DNA from: Methanoregula sp.
GTDB lineage: Archaea > Halobacteriota > Methanomicrobia > Methanomicrobiales > Methanospirillaceae
NCBI GenBank assembly: GCA_035527915.1
Contig: DATKZP010000073.1
Span: 3,073 to 67,072, forward strand
DNA: 64,000 nucleotides
Direction: 5' to 3'
The notes under the pieces are model-generated. The model saw only the letters and a list, made by a program, of their open reading frames with translations, was not told the DNA's origin and searched no databases. Positions 19,341 through 30,037 of the stretch are shown one piece after another (position 1 is the first letter of the stretch; each line of letters starts with the position of its first letter). Made by a program: the position numbers and the translations under genes.

Positions 19341-20846
19341 ATGCTGAACCCAAAAGAGACATTAAGTGAGGACGACGTAACAAAAGGGCTCTCGTTTATC
19401 ATAAAGGACGGGCTCGCCACGCAGGCCATGGTCACGTTAACAAGCGGGATCTTCCTTGTTGCATTCGGCCTCCAGCTTGGCGCATCCAATACAGTAATCG
19501 GGCTGCTTGCGGCAATCCCCCCACTTGCCGAGCTGATCCAGATGCCAGCCATCTCGGTTGTTGAAAATGTCCGCAACCGGCGACTGGTCTGCGTTGGCGC
19601 TTCGATTGTCGCACGGCTTTTCTGGATTGTCATTGCCCTCATCCCGTTCCTCTTTGGCCCGGCTGCCGCCGTGCCCGTCCTGATCATATCGCTTGTCCTG
19701 TATGGGAGCATCTCTGCCATCTCCCACTGCAGCTGGAATTCCTGGATGCGTGACTTTGTGCCTCAGGAGATCCTGGGCAGCTTCTTCTCCCGCCGCATGT
19801 CACTGTCTCTTGCCCTTGGGATCGTATTGTCCCTTGCTGCCAGCGCCCTTATCGATTTCATCCAGAGGAATCCAGCCTATCCCCCGGACACTGCCTACTC
19901 GGTCATCTTCCTTGGCGGTTTTGTGGCCGGGCTGATGGGGATCTGGTATATGTCAAGGATTCCTGAACCCCAGATGACGGTAACCGCAAAAGTCCCGCCA
20001 CTTGACCAGATCAGGTCTGCATTCCGCGATGAAAACTTCTCCCGGCTGATCGCCTTTTTAGGGGCATGGAACTTTGCCGTCAACCTCGCGGCTCCGTTTT
20101 TTACTGTCTACCTGCTTGTCATGCTCGACTACGATATTACGGTTGTCATTGTCCTTGCCGTCCTCAGCCAGATCGCAAGTGTGCTCTCCTATGGCATGTG
20201 GGGCCGGATTGCAGACCGGTTCAGCAACAAGTCCGTCCTGCGGGTCTCGGGCCCGCTCTTTATGATCTGCATCCTTGGCTGGACGTTTACGACAATGCCC
20301 ACCCGGCACCTGCTGACCATCCCGCTCCTGATCACCCTGCACATCCTGATGGGAGTGTCTACGGCGGGGGTCACGCTCGCATCGGCAAACATCGGGCTCA
20401 AGCTTGCACCTCACGGCGGCGCAACCGCTTATCTTGCTACGATCAACATCACAAACTCCCTCGCAGCCGGCATTGCACCGGTCATTGGAGGGATGTTTGT
20501 CGATTCGTTCAAGGCGACCGAACTCTCGCTCACCCTTAACTGGAGAAGCGCGGAAACAGCCTTTGCCATCCAGACGCTGGACTTCCAGTACTGGGACTTT
20601 TTCTTTGTTTTTGCGTTTCTGATTGGGATCTACTCAATCCACCGTCTCGCGTATGTCAAAGAGGCCGGGGAGGTGGAGGAACGGCTTGTCGTCCAGGAGC
20701 TGATAGCACAGGTCAGTCGTGAGATGCGCAACCTTTCTACCGTCGGTGGGCTGCGGTACATGCTCAGGTTCCCGATGCTGAGGAGCATCGAAACAGGAAA
20801 GGATGAAAAACGTTCAGAAGATAACGAAGACCCGGTGCAGAAATGA
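19341..20846 (+). CDS. MFS transporter
   Basis: About 12 hydrophobic segments and the WGRIADRFSNK MFS loop motif. Confidence 0.85.
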   Translation: MLNPKETLSEDDVTKGLSFIIKDGLATQAMVTLTSGIFLVAFGLQLGASNTVIGLLAAIPPLAELIQMPAISVVENVRNRRLVCVGASIVARLFWIVIALIPFLFGPAAAVPVLIISLVLYGSISAISHCSWNSWMRDFVPQEILGSFFSRRMSLSLALGIVLSLAASALIDFIQRNPAYPPDTAYSVIFLGGFVAGLMGIWYMSRIPEPQMTVTAKVPPLDQIRSAFRDENFSRLIAFLGAWNFAVNLAAPFFTVYLLVMLDYDITVVIVLAVLSQIASVLSYGMWGRIADRFSNKSVLRVSGPLFMICILGWTFTTMPTRHLLTIPLLITLHILMGVSTAGVTLASANIGLKLAPHGGATAYLATINITNSLAAGIAPVIGGMFVDSFKATELSLTLNWRSAETAFAIQTLDFQYWDFFFVFAFLIGIYSIHRLAYVKEAGEVEERLVVQELIAQVSREMRNLSTVGGLRYMLRFPMLRSIETGKDEKRSEDNEDPVQK

Positions 20847-21083
20847 CCGTCCTTTTTCCCGGCAGTTCCCGTCCCGGGCAGGTAATTCTCACATATCAGG
20901 AAAAATCGTTCCAGGCTCACAATGACAATTGATGGATATCGCGGGGTTTTGCCTGATCAAAATGCGGCACTGAATTTGAGGTTCCATGGCGCGAGGCGAT
21001 GGCTGAAACCTCATTAAACGTTTCCCTTCCATGCAACCGAAGTGCAGGAAACGCAAAGGGTATTTACTCATCTTTCCAAGTTA

Positions 21084-22304
21084 ATGCCGATGGAAACTAT
21101 CTTCGCCCTGCCGGAATTTCAAATGAGCCTGCTTTTATTCGTAGCGCTCGCCGGCTATCTTGTCGCATCACGGATCAACCAATCTGCCGTCATCGGGCTG
21201 ATCCTCGTTGGCCTCGTAGTTGGGCCCAGCGTGCTGGGGCTTATCACCTATACGGATTTTGTCCGGAGCATTGCCCACCTCGGGGCAGTCATCCTGTTGT
21301 TTGTGATTGGGTTCGAGTTCAATATGAAAGATATTGTCCAGCCGCGTAACTTTATTATCGCCCTTATCGGCGTCATCATTCCGTGGATCGGCGGCTGGTA
21401 TCTTGCCGTGCTATTCGGGTTCGATTCGGCAAGCGCAATCTTTGTCGGGACTGCCTGCACGGCAACGAGCATCGCAATCACGGCAAATGTCTTAAAGGAG
21501 CTTGGCAAGCTCCAGACTGAGGCGGCAAAGGCAATCATCGGCGCTGCGGTCATCGACGATGTGCTCGCCCTGCTCGCGCTTGCGATCAGTGCTGACATTG
21601 TCGGCGGTTCATTCTCGTACCTCGGGATCGCGATTGTAACGGTAAAGGCGATCGCATTCATCGTGATCGCGGCAGCTTTTGGGATCCTTGTTATCAGCAA
21701 ATACCTCGCAAAGCTGGATACGACACCGTTCGTGCAAAAATATCCGGAGTTTATCTTCATCTTTGCGATGATGCTCGCTTTTCTCTATGCCATGTGCGCC
21801 GAGGCGGTTGGGCTCTCGGCGATTGTCGGAGCTTTCATCGCTGGTGTTTCGTTCAAGGATGTCAAACTGCACCAGAGCAGGAGCTTAAAGGAGGGGGCGG
21901 AGTATCTCCAGATCATCTTCGCTTCGATCTTCTTCGTCTCATTAGGCATCATCGCTGATTTACGCGCGGTTACCCCGGAGATTTTGCTCTTCCTGCTCGT
22001 TCTGACCCTTGTCGCCATCCTTACCAAGGTGATCGGTTGCGCAATTCCGGCAAAGCTTGGTGGTTTGTGTACAAAGGACTCTCTCATCGTCGGGTTCGGC
22101 ATGTCGCCCCGGGGCGAGGTTGCGATGATCGTCGCACTCATCGGACTTGAACAAGGGATCATCGGCCAGGGGGTCTATGTTGCGATTGTGATGATGAGCC
22201 TGCTGACCACCGTAATTACCCCGATTGTGTACCGGAACTGGTTCTATAAGGGGGAGGCCTGCACCTACGTTGACAGAGTCACATCCATCAATGGAGGAAA
22301 ATAA
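21084..22304 (+). CDS. Cation:proton antiporter, CPA2 (NapA/Kef-type)
   Basis: GLVVGPSVLG, ATSIAITA, AAVIDD, GAFIAG, GMSPRGEVA. Start placed at ATG 21084 (21090 is an alternative). Confidence 0.9.
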   Translation: MPMETIFALPEFQMSLLLFVALAGYLVASRINQSAVIGLILVGLVVGPSVLGLITYTDFVRSIAHLGAVILLFVIGFEFNMKDIVQPRNFIIALIGVIIPWIGGWYLAVLFGFDSASAIFVGTACTATSIAITANVLKELGKLQTEAAKAIIGAAVIDDVLALLALAISADIVGGSFSYLGIAIVTVKAIAFIVIAAAFGILVISKYLAKLDTTPFVQKYPEFIFIFAMMLAFLYAMCAEAVGLSAIVGAFIAGVSFKDVKLHQSRSLKEGAEYLQIIFASIFFVSLGIIADLRAVTPEILLFLLVLTLVAILTKVIGCAIPAKLGGLCTKDSLIVGFGMSPRGEVAMIVALIGLEQGIIGQGVYVAIVMMSLLTTVITPIVYRNWFYKGEACTYVDRVTSINGGK

Positions 22305-22430
22305 TGACCGGTATTCGTTATCTGCCGGATTCATCAGCTAAGCTCTCTATCCCCGGTCTTTTCCGCAGGAGTAACACCTTTCATAACTCCTGTTGTCCTC
22401 TCACGCGCAGGGTGGAGCCGGCGGTGTATC

Positions 22431-23303
22431 ATGTTTGAAAAGGTGCTCGTTCCCGTTGATCTGTCGATCAAATCCCGGTATGCACTTCGTTGTCTCAGAC
22501 ACATTCCGGGACTACGGCGGTTGAAGATCCTTCATGTTGTCTATAACAGATATCTTTCGGATGCTGCGGACCCTGATGATCCCGAAAGTGAGTATACGAG
22601 GTTGTGCCTCGAAGAGATCAAAAGAGATGTTGAAATGCCCGGCGTGACAGTCAGGACAATCATCGATGAAATCCAGGGAGGCGAGATCTTCGAGGCCATC
22701 AACCGGATTGCCTCACAGGAAGAGGTGACGCTCACCTTTATGGGAAAGCGTGGGAGGGGGATTATCGGTACCCTTCTTCTTGGCAGTGTCGCTTCTGATG
22801 TTCTCCGGTACGGGAAGACGGATCTGCTTCTTGTCGATAACAAGCAGGCAGATGATATGCTCCCGGTAGGACAGGATCTCCCCTGCCCGGACCTTTTTTC
22901 CCATGTCCTGGTATGTACGGATTTTTCAGATCCGGAGATTGCATCGATCTGTTGTGATGAGTTGCCATGGATCCGTAACGTAACCCTCTTCCATACAGTG
23001 ACAACCGGGGATTCCCCGGAAGAAGTAAGATCTGCTCTTGATGCGGCACAGGCAGCGCTTGAGAGAATGCGGGATGCCTTTGCCCGGATTTCCATTCCGG
23101 CGCAGGTACATGTCTCTGTCGGAAGCGCTGCTGAAGAGATCATCTCATTCTCTGAAGAGCAGGACATATCCGTCATCATCCTGAAATCAACAGGAAAAAG
23201 GGGTTTTCTACAAAATCTTCTGGGCAGCACAACAGCACGTGTGGCACGGAATTCCAAAAAACCGGTTCTTGTGCTAAGAAGATCCCGGGGCATGAAGCAA
23301 TAA
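22431..23303 (+). CDS. Universal stress protein (tandem UspA domains)
   Basis: KVLVPVDLS; MGKRGRG...LLGSVASDVLR; LVCTDFS; LLGSTTARVARNSKKPVLV. Confidence 0.9.
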   Translation: MFEKVLVPVDLSIKSRYALRCLRHIPGLRRLKILHVVYNRYLSDAADPDDPESEYTRLCLEEIKRDVEMPGVTVRTIIDEIQGGEIFEAINRIASQEEVTLTFMGKRGRGIIGTLLLGSVASDVLRYGKTDLLLVDNKQADDMLPVGQDLPCPDLFSHVLVCTDFSDPEIASICCDELPWIRNVTLFHTVTTGDSPEEVRSALDAAQAALERMRDAFARISIPAQVHVSVGSAAEEIISFSEEQDISVIILKSTGKRGFLQNLLGSTTARVARNSKKPVLVLRRSRGMKQ

Positions 23304-23321
23304 CGCATAATAACATTTCAC

Positions 23322-23588
23322 TGCTGACTCCCTGCCCGCATGATGGGGCTGTGCCGGAAGGACGCACTTATTGTCGGGTCCGGTATGGCACCTCGCAGCG
23401 AGGTAGCGATGATCGTAGTTCTCATCGGGCTTGAAGCAGGAATTATCGGGCACTGCGTCTATGTTGAGTTTGTGCTCATGAGCCTGCTGACAATGGTAAT
23501 CATGCCGATAGCATACAGGAACTGGTTCTACAAAGGTGAGTATTGCATGTATTATGTCAATGGAACCTGCATTGATGAAGGGAAATAA
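23322..23588 (+). pseudogene. 3' remnant of a second CPA2 antiporter paralog
   Basis: Aligns without gaps to 22038-22304 (C*LPARMMGLCRKDALIVGSGMAPRSEVA vs CAIPAKLGGLCTKDSLIVGFGMSPRGEVA). TGA at 23325-23327; 5' part absent. Confidence 0.85.
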
Positions 23589-23897
23589 GCCATAACCGGT
23601 TCCTGCGACCTATGATCACATGAATAATGAGAAAACTTCAGTCAAGGAATAACCCCCGCTTCCCTGCATCACCGGCAACCTTGCTGTTGTTGCCTGATGC
23701 CCAATATTGCAGAACCCGGGGAGAGCAGATCTTTTATTCGCTCCCATCCGGCAATACCCCCGTGTACGACAATGACCTAAATGTCCCGGACATCTGAGTT
23801 TTTCATGGGTGTAAGATCATGGGACCTGTATTTCGGAAAACCCGGCCTGCAATTATGCGATGAAGATAAATGGAAATAACCCTGCAATAGTTTGGTA

Positions 23898-24449
23898 ATG
23901 ACTCTCGAGCGGAAGATTGCCCGTATCTTTGCATTGGATGATGCGACATGGCTGTGCCACGCCAACCCGTGGAGCGTGATCTTACGTTTCACCGTTCTTC
24001 CCCTCCTCATTCTCGCGTTCTGGAGCCGGCTCTGGCTCGGGTGGTGGGCAGTTGTTCCGGTTGCACTTGCTCTCCTGTGGACATGGGAAAATCCCCGCAT
24101 CTTTAAGGCTCCGCAATCATTCGATCACTGGACGTCAAAAGCAGTACTTGGTGAACGGATCTGGTTAAACCGCGATGTTGTACCCGTGCCGGTGTACCAC
24201 CGGAAGGTGCCGAATATTCTCTCAGCCGTCTCCGGTATCGGGATGCTTTTTATCATCTGGGGTGTTCTCGTGTTCGAACCGTGGCCCACCTTTTTTGGCA
24301 TGGTGATTGTGTATCTCGGGAAACTCTGGTTCATTGACAGGATGGTCTGGCTCTGGCAGGATATGCAGGATGCGACCGCAGAGTTACGTTCGTGGAATAA
24401 TTCTTCAAAGAGAAGTGATGAAATTCCCATGAGTGATCCCCGGATATGA
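23898..24449 (+). CDS. Membrane protein, DUF6653-like
   Basis: MTLERKIARIF...WLCHANPWSV...NPRIF...WTSKAVLGERIW...KLWFIDRMV, a family pattern recalled from memory. Confidence 0.65.
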   Translation: MTLERKIARIFALDDATWLCHANPWSVILRFTVLPLLILAFWSRLWLGWWAVVPVALALLWTWENPRIFKAPQSFDHWTSKAVLGERIWLNRDVVPVPVYHRKVPNILSAVSGIGMLFIIWGVLVFEPWPTFFGMVIVYLGKLWFIDRMVWLWQDMQDATAELRSWNNSSKRSDEIPMSDPRI

Positions 24450-24723
24450 GAATAGTTACAGGATACGTGAAGGTAGCCGGTGTCCTGCAATCTTACAGTA
24501 AATCCGCTTCTGCGAGGGGGCAATATCCGGAGTATTCCCGATATATTAACACTCCAAAAGAGACCATCTGCAAAAAATGCGGATGCATAAAATCTTTGGA
24601 GAGGGATCGAAGAACTCAGATTTATACTCGTTCCGGCAATATCTTCAAATACCTGATTCCTTGAAAGCTAGATCAAGGTGAATAAACACCGGAAAACTAT
24701 CGAGAAGGACGCTGTGAGACACA

Positions 24724-27438
24724 ATGGCCGGATCAGCCATACCCGGGATATTACCAAGACCATGGCATACACTCCCTATAGATGAGGTCCTGAAAAATTT
24801 TTCTAGCTCTGAAGCAGGATTGTCCGATACGGAGGCAGCTCTCCGGTTAGAACACTATGGCAAAAATACACTCCCCGCAAAATCATCACCCGGCCCATTA
24901 TGGATCTTTTTAGTGCAGTTCAAAAGCCCGCTCATTTTCGTTCTTCTCATTGCGGCACTTATCTCTGCCGGGATCGGTGATTTCAAGGATGCGGCGTTTA
25001 TTGTTCTTGTTCTTCTCATCAATGCCGTGATCGGAGCATACCAGGAATACCGTGCCGAAAAGGGAGCCATCGCCCTCCAGTCGATCCTTCATGGCTCCGC
25101 CCGCCTTGAACGGGGCGGAAGGGAGAGGACTATCCTTTCTGATGAGATTGTACCGGGAGACATCGTCCATCTCGATGCAGGAGCCCATGTTCCCGCAGAT
25201 ATCCGCATCCTGCATGCCGCAGGCCTTACCATCGATGAATCTCTCCTCACCGGGGAATCTTTATCTGTTGAGAAAAGGGTGGGAATCCTTGAGCTGACAA
25301 CGCCGCTTGCAGAACGAAAGAACATGGCCTTTGCCGGTACCACCGTCATGACCGGGATCGCGGTCGGGGTGGTCACCGCTACCGGATCCGGAACAGAAGT
25401 CGGGAAGATCGCCCGTTCTGTCAGTATGACTGCAGCAACAAAACCTCCCCTGATTATCCGGATGGAGCGATTTTCCATGCGAATCGGCATCGCTGTGCTT
25501 CTTGCAAGCACCGTGATGGCGATCATCATCCTGAGCAGGGGAGTTGCGCTTATAGACGTGTTCTTCTTCGCGGTTGCACTTGCGATCTCTGCAATTCCCG
25601 AGGGTCTCCCGGTCTCCATTACGGTTGCCCTTTCGATTGCAGCCTCACGGATGGCACACCGGAATGTTATCGTGCGGCACCTTGCTGCTGTTGAAGGGCT
25701 GGGGAGCTGTACCGTAATAGCTACGGACAAAACGGGCACCCTGACCCTTAACCAGCAGACAGCACGGATAATTGCGCTTCCCTCCGGAAAATTCTATCAT
25801 TCAACCGGATCGGACGGTGAGGGGCAGGTACTGACGCGGACAAAAACCCTCCCGGATGATATGGAGAGATCCCGGCTCATACGCCTCACAAAAGCTGCGG
25901 TTCTTGCAAGCGAAGGTTCCCTGTTTCTCGAAAAAGACGCATGGATCCATTCCGGCGATATGATGGATGTCGCGGTCCTTGCCCTTGCCTATAAACTGGG
26001 TCTCCGGCCGGATGAACTCCGCTGCTGCAGCATCGAGGAACGCCGGGTGCCGTTTGATTCCTGGAGGCAGTATACGGCAACATTCTTCCAAACGGACAAT
26101 GGCCCCCGTGTGGCAGTAAAAGGGGGCGTTGAGGTGATCCTGAAATTTTGCCAGACGATGCTCACGGATGACGGGGAAGTTCCCGTTGACCGGAATCTCG
26201 TGGAAGGCCAGGTTTACGAACTTGCACACGCCGGCTACCGGATTCTTGCCATCGCAGAAGGTAGTGCCCCGGGCCTGCAGGAAATGCCACCTGCAGACGG
26301 CCCGGAACTTCCTGACCTTACTTTCCTTGGACTTGTGGGTTTCATCGATCCGGTTCGGCCTGATGTGACCGACGCGATACGTCAGTGTCAGGAAGCTGGC
26401 GTAGACGTTGTCATGGTTACAGGTGACCTGCCGGAAACAGCAATGTCCATTGCCAGGACGCTCTCGATTGCCACCGAGGAATCACAATTGATGACCGGGA
26501 CCGAACTGGCTGCAAAGGCAGCGTTCGATTCCGAAAATCTGCCGGAAACCGTAGCCGGTATCCGCGTCTTTGCCCGGGTGACACCGGAACAGAAATTTTT
26601 CGTTGTTGATGCTCTGCAGAGGAATGGGCATTATGTGGCAGTTACCGGGGATGGCGTGAATGATGCACCGGCACTCCGCCGGGCAAATATCGGCGTGGCT
26701 ATGGGATCCGGATCAGATGTCGCAAAGGATACCGCATCTATCATTATCACCGATGACAACTTCACTTCCATCGTTGCCGGGATCGAAGAGGGCAGGTTTG
26801 CTTATGACAATATACGGAAAGTGACCTACCTTTTAATCTCCACCGGTTTTGCCGAAGTGCTCCTGTTTACGCTCTCACTGGTATTTGGCCTCCCGCTCCC
26901 GCTCCTTGCCGTACAGCTTCTCTGGCTGAACCTCGTCACCAACGGGATCCAGGATGTGACGCTGGCATTTGAGGCAGGCGAGGCCGGGGCGATGAAACGA
27001 AAACCCCGCCGGCCTGAAGAGGGAATATTCAACAGCCTTATGGTGAAAGAGACGATCATATCTGCCGGTGCAATCGGGCTTATCGCATTTGGCACCTGGT
27101 ACTGGCTGCTCTCTTCAGGCTGGGAAGAGACATCTGCCCGGAACATGGTCATCCTCCTTATGGTCCTTCTTGAAAACGTGCACGTGCTCAACTGCCGCTC
27201 GGAGTACCGGTCGGCGTTCAGGATCCCGCTCCGCGCCAACCCGCTCCTCATCATCGGGATAATCGCTGCGCAGGGTATTCACATCCTCTCGATGTATATT
27301 CCGGTCATGCAGGATCTCCTCGGGATAGGTCCGGTCTCATTGCAGCAGTGGGGAGTCCTTCTTGGCATCGCCTGTATGATCCTTGTCGTGATGGAACTGT
27401 TCAAATTTTTCAGCTCGAGAAGTGAATTAATTCAGTAA
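24724..27438 (+). CDS. P2-type cation-translocating P-type ATPase
   Basis: TGES, AIPEGLP, DKTGTLT phosphorylation site, KGGVE, MVTGD, TGDGVND. Confidence 0.93.
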   Translation: MAGSAIPGILPRPWHTLPIDEVLKNFSSSEAGLSDTEAALRLEHYGKNTLPAKSSPGPLWIFLVQFKSPLIFVLLIAALISAGIGDFKDAAFIVLVLLINAVIGAYQEYRAEKGAIALQSILHGSARLERGGRERTILSDEIVPGDIVHLDAGAHVPADIRILHAAGLTIDESLLTGESLSVEKRVGILELTTPLAERKNMAFAGTTVMTGIAVGVVTATGSGTEVGKIARSVSMTAATKPPLIIRMERFSMRIGIAVLLASTVMAIIILSRGVALIDVFFFAVALAISAIPEGLPVSITVALSIAASRMAHRNVIVRHLAAVEGLGSCTVIATDKTGTLTLNQQTARIIALPSGKFYHSTGSDGEGQVLTRTKTLPDDMERSRLIRLTKAAVLASEGSLFLEKDAWIHSGDMMDVAVLALAYKLGLRPDELRCCSIEERRVPFDSWRQYTATFFQTDNGPRVAVKGGVEVILKFCQTMLTDDGEVPVDRNLVEGQVYELAHAGYRILAIAEGSAPGLQEMPPADGPELPDLTFLGLVGFIDPVRPDVTDAIRQCQEAGVDVVMVTGDLPETAMSIARTLSIATEESQLMTGTELAAKAAFDSENLPETVAGIRVFARVTPEQKFFVVDALQRNGHYVAVTGDGVNDAPALRRANIGVAMGSGSDVAKDTASIIITDDNFTSIVAGIEEGRFAYDNIRKVTYLLISTGFAEVLLFTLSLVFGLPLPLLAVQLLWLNLVTNGIQDVTLAFEAGEAGAMKRKPRRPEEGIFNSLMVKETIISAGAIGLIAFGTWYWLLSSGWEETSARNMVILLMVLLENVHVLNCRSEYRSAFRIPLRANPLLIIGIIAAQGIHILSMYIPVMQDLLGIGPVSLQQWGVLLGIACMILVVMELFKFFSSRSELIQ

Positions 27439-27740
27439 TACGGTCAAACGGGGTCGCGTAGTTTTCCGCTCTGTGAAAGACGCTTTCAGCAGGTCCGGAG
27501 ATCTGGTATCTTCTTTTGCATGGGGCAGGTTATTCTTACCCTCCGTTTGAACCCCGCCCACGGACAGTTCTCATGTCATAATTCGGAAACGGGACAAACA
27601 TTTTATATCACACCATACAAGGAAACTTCAAAGAATGGCGCAATAATTACTTTCCATTCACGTATATGGTCACTAGTTTTCCGCACCATTCCCACGCTCC
27701 CTGCGGGGACGAAAAGAACCTCATCTTTTGGTAATGAACT

Positions 27741-29939
27741 ATGAATCGCCTGCTGATAGTCTCCAACAGATTACCGGTAACAATCCAGAAACGGGGTAGC
27801 GACCTGCATGTAACGCAGAGTGTCGGCGGTCTTGCAACCGGCCTTGGATCAATTTATGCGAAGCTCAATGCGATGTGGCTGGGTTGGCCGGGCATTTCCG
27901 GCAGGAATTTATCGCAACCGGACCGGGAAAAAATAATTCGTATCCTCAAAGATATACAGTGTGAACCGGTTTTTCTGTCTGATTCCGAATTTGAAAAATA
28001 TTACAACGGGTTCTGCAACAAGGCAATCTGGCCGCTGTTCCATTACTTCTCCCATTATGCTGAATATAACCCGGCATTCTGGAAAGGGTATGTCAAGGTG
28101 AACAAAAAGTTCTGTGACGCAGTCTGTGCTGTAGCAGAAGATGGAGACCAGCTATGGATCCATGATTACCAGCTGATGCTGGTTCCTGGCATGCTCCGGG
28201 AAAAAATCCCGGATGCAACCATCGGTTATTTTCTCCATATCCCCTTCCCCCAGTATGAACTCTTCCGGCTCATGCCCTGGAGAAGAGAGATCCTCGAGGG
28301 GCTCCTTGGTGCTGATCTTATCGGGTTCCATACCATCGAATACGCCACCTACTTCTTCAACTGTGTCCGGAGAATCCTTGGTTATGAACAGGAAATGACC
28401 TGGATCAAAGCCGGGGAACGACAGATCAGGGTCGATACCTTCCCCATGGGAATCGACTATGAGCGGTTTTCGGTTCACGAGAATAATCCCGATCTCAAAA
28501 AAGAGATCCTCAGGATACGGCATTATGTCACATCAGACAAAATTCTGCTTTCCATTGACCGTCTCGATTATTCCAAAGGGGTACCGCTCCGTCTGAAAGC
28601 ATTTGACCACCTGCTCGAAACCCATCCTGAATTAAAAGAACAGGTAACGCTCATCCTTGTTGCCGTCCCTTCACGGATAAAAATCAACCAGTATGCCGAA
28701 CTCCGGCATGAAGTGGACCAGCTTGTCGGGAGAATAAACGGGAAACACGCGACTATTGGCTGGACACCTGTGCGCTATCTCTTCAAGTCCCTGCCTTTCA
28801 TCCGTCTCCTTGCGCTCTACAGCATTGCAGACATTGCGCTGGTTTCACCGGTCCGGGACGGAATGAACCTGATGGCTAAGGAATACCTTGCAACCAAGAG
28901 CAGTGGTGACGGCATGCTGATCCTGAGCGAGTTTGCCGGTGCGGCAAAGGAACTGGGTGAAGCAATTCTTGTCAACCCGAACAACATTGCAGAGTTTTCC
29001 GAAGCGATTTATCAGGGACTGACGCTGCCGGAACCCGAGAGGCGGACCCGCGTCAAGACCATGCAGGAGCGGCTCAGGCGGTATGATCTTACCCGGTGGA
29101 CGAACGATTTCCTTGATGTGCTCGAGAGCACCCAAGCCCACCAGCAGATGCTTGCTGCCCGGTTCATGGACACGGCGGCGATCCGGCGCATGGAGACCGA
29201 TTACCGGAATGCATATCGGCGGGTGCTGTTCCTTGACTATGACGGGACACTGGTTCCGATTGCCAAAACCCCCCAGCAGGCCCAGCCGGATGCCGGGATC
29301 CTGCAGATACTCAGCCGGTTAATCCAGGATGCCGGGACCAGTGTTATTATCGTCAGTGGGCGGGACCGCTCCGTTCTGGATCACTGGTTTGGTGAACTTG
29401 ATATCGGGCTGATTGCAGAACATGGAATCTGGATCCGGGAGCGAGGGAAAGACTGGGAAATGCTCAGGACGGTATCAGAAGACTGGAAAGAAGAGATCCG
29501 TCCTATACTTGAACGGTATGTCGACCGGACCCCGCGGACATTCGTCGAGGAGAAAGAGTATTCCCTTGCATGGCACTACCGGAACGCCGACCCCTATCTT
29601 GCGTGGATCCGATCCGGAGAGCTGCGGGAGGATCTGATGGTCCGCACAAAAAGCCTCCGTCTGGCACTACTCGAAGGGTCAAAGGTAATCGAGGTAAAAA
29701 GTGCGGATGTCAACAAGGGTTCAGCAGTTCAGCACTGGCTGAAGAATGAAACCTATGATTTCATCTTCGCGGCCGGTGATGATCGCACGGATGAGGATGT
29801 TTTTGCCGCAGCCCCCCCGAATGCCTATACCGTCAAAGTGGGCACAAACCCTTCATGTGCACTCTACAGCGTCAGGTCTGTCCATGAAATCAGGGACCTG
29901 CTCAAAACCTGGAGTTCCTTACCAACTAACAGCCGGTAG
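27741..29939 (+). CDS. otsAB: Bifunctional trehalose-6-phosphate synthase/phosphatase (OtsA-OtsB fusion)
   Basis: VSNRLP, GGLATGL, WIHDYQL, HIPFP, DRLDYSKG and DGMNL (GT20), followed by a HAD domain (FLDYDGTL, SGR, GDDRTDED). Confidence 0.93.
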   Translation: MNRLLIVSNRLPVTIQKRGSDLHVTQSVGGLATGLGSIYAKLNAMWLGWPGISGRNLSQPDREKIIRILKDIQCEPVFLSDSEFEKYYNGFCNKAIWPLFHYFSHYAEYNPAFWKGYVKVNKKFCDAVCAVAEDGDQLWIHDYQLMLVPGMLREKIPDATIGYFLHIPFPQYELFRLMPWRREILEGLLGADLIGFHTIEYATYFFNCVRRILGYEQEMTWIKAGERQIRVDTFPMGIDYERFSVHENNPDLKKEILRIRHYVTSDKILLSIDRLDYSKGVPLRLKAFDHLLETHPELKEQVTLILVAVPSRIKINQYAELRHEVDQLVGRINGKHATIGWTPVRYLFKSLPFIRLLALYSIADIALVSPVRDGMNLMAKEYLATKSSGDGMLILSEFAGAAKELGEAILVNPNNIAEFSEAIYQGLTLPEPERRTRVKTMQERLRRYDLTRWTNDFLDVLESTQAHQQMLAARFMDTAAIRRMETDYRNAYRRVLFLDYDGTLVPIAKTPQQAQPDAGILQILSRLIQDAGTSVIIVSGRDRSVLDHWFGELDIGLIAEHGIWIRERGKDWEMLRTVSEDWKEEIRPILERYVDRTPRTFVEEKEYSLAWHYRNADPYLAWIRSGELREDLMVRTKSLRLALLEGSKVIEVKSADVNKGSAVQHWLKNETYDFIFAAGDDRTDEDVFAAAPPNAYTVKVGTNPSCALYSVRSVHEIRDLLKTWSSLPTNSR

Positions 29940-30037
29940 GGTGGAAGAAATATCCAGCTCCCCCGGGTTTTCATGAGATCATCTCACCAGCAAGAAAAAA
30001 TGCCGGTTGGCCACGCTTAAAATATCCCCCTCAACCG

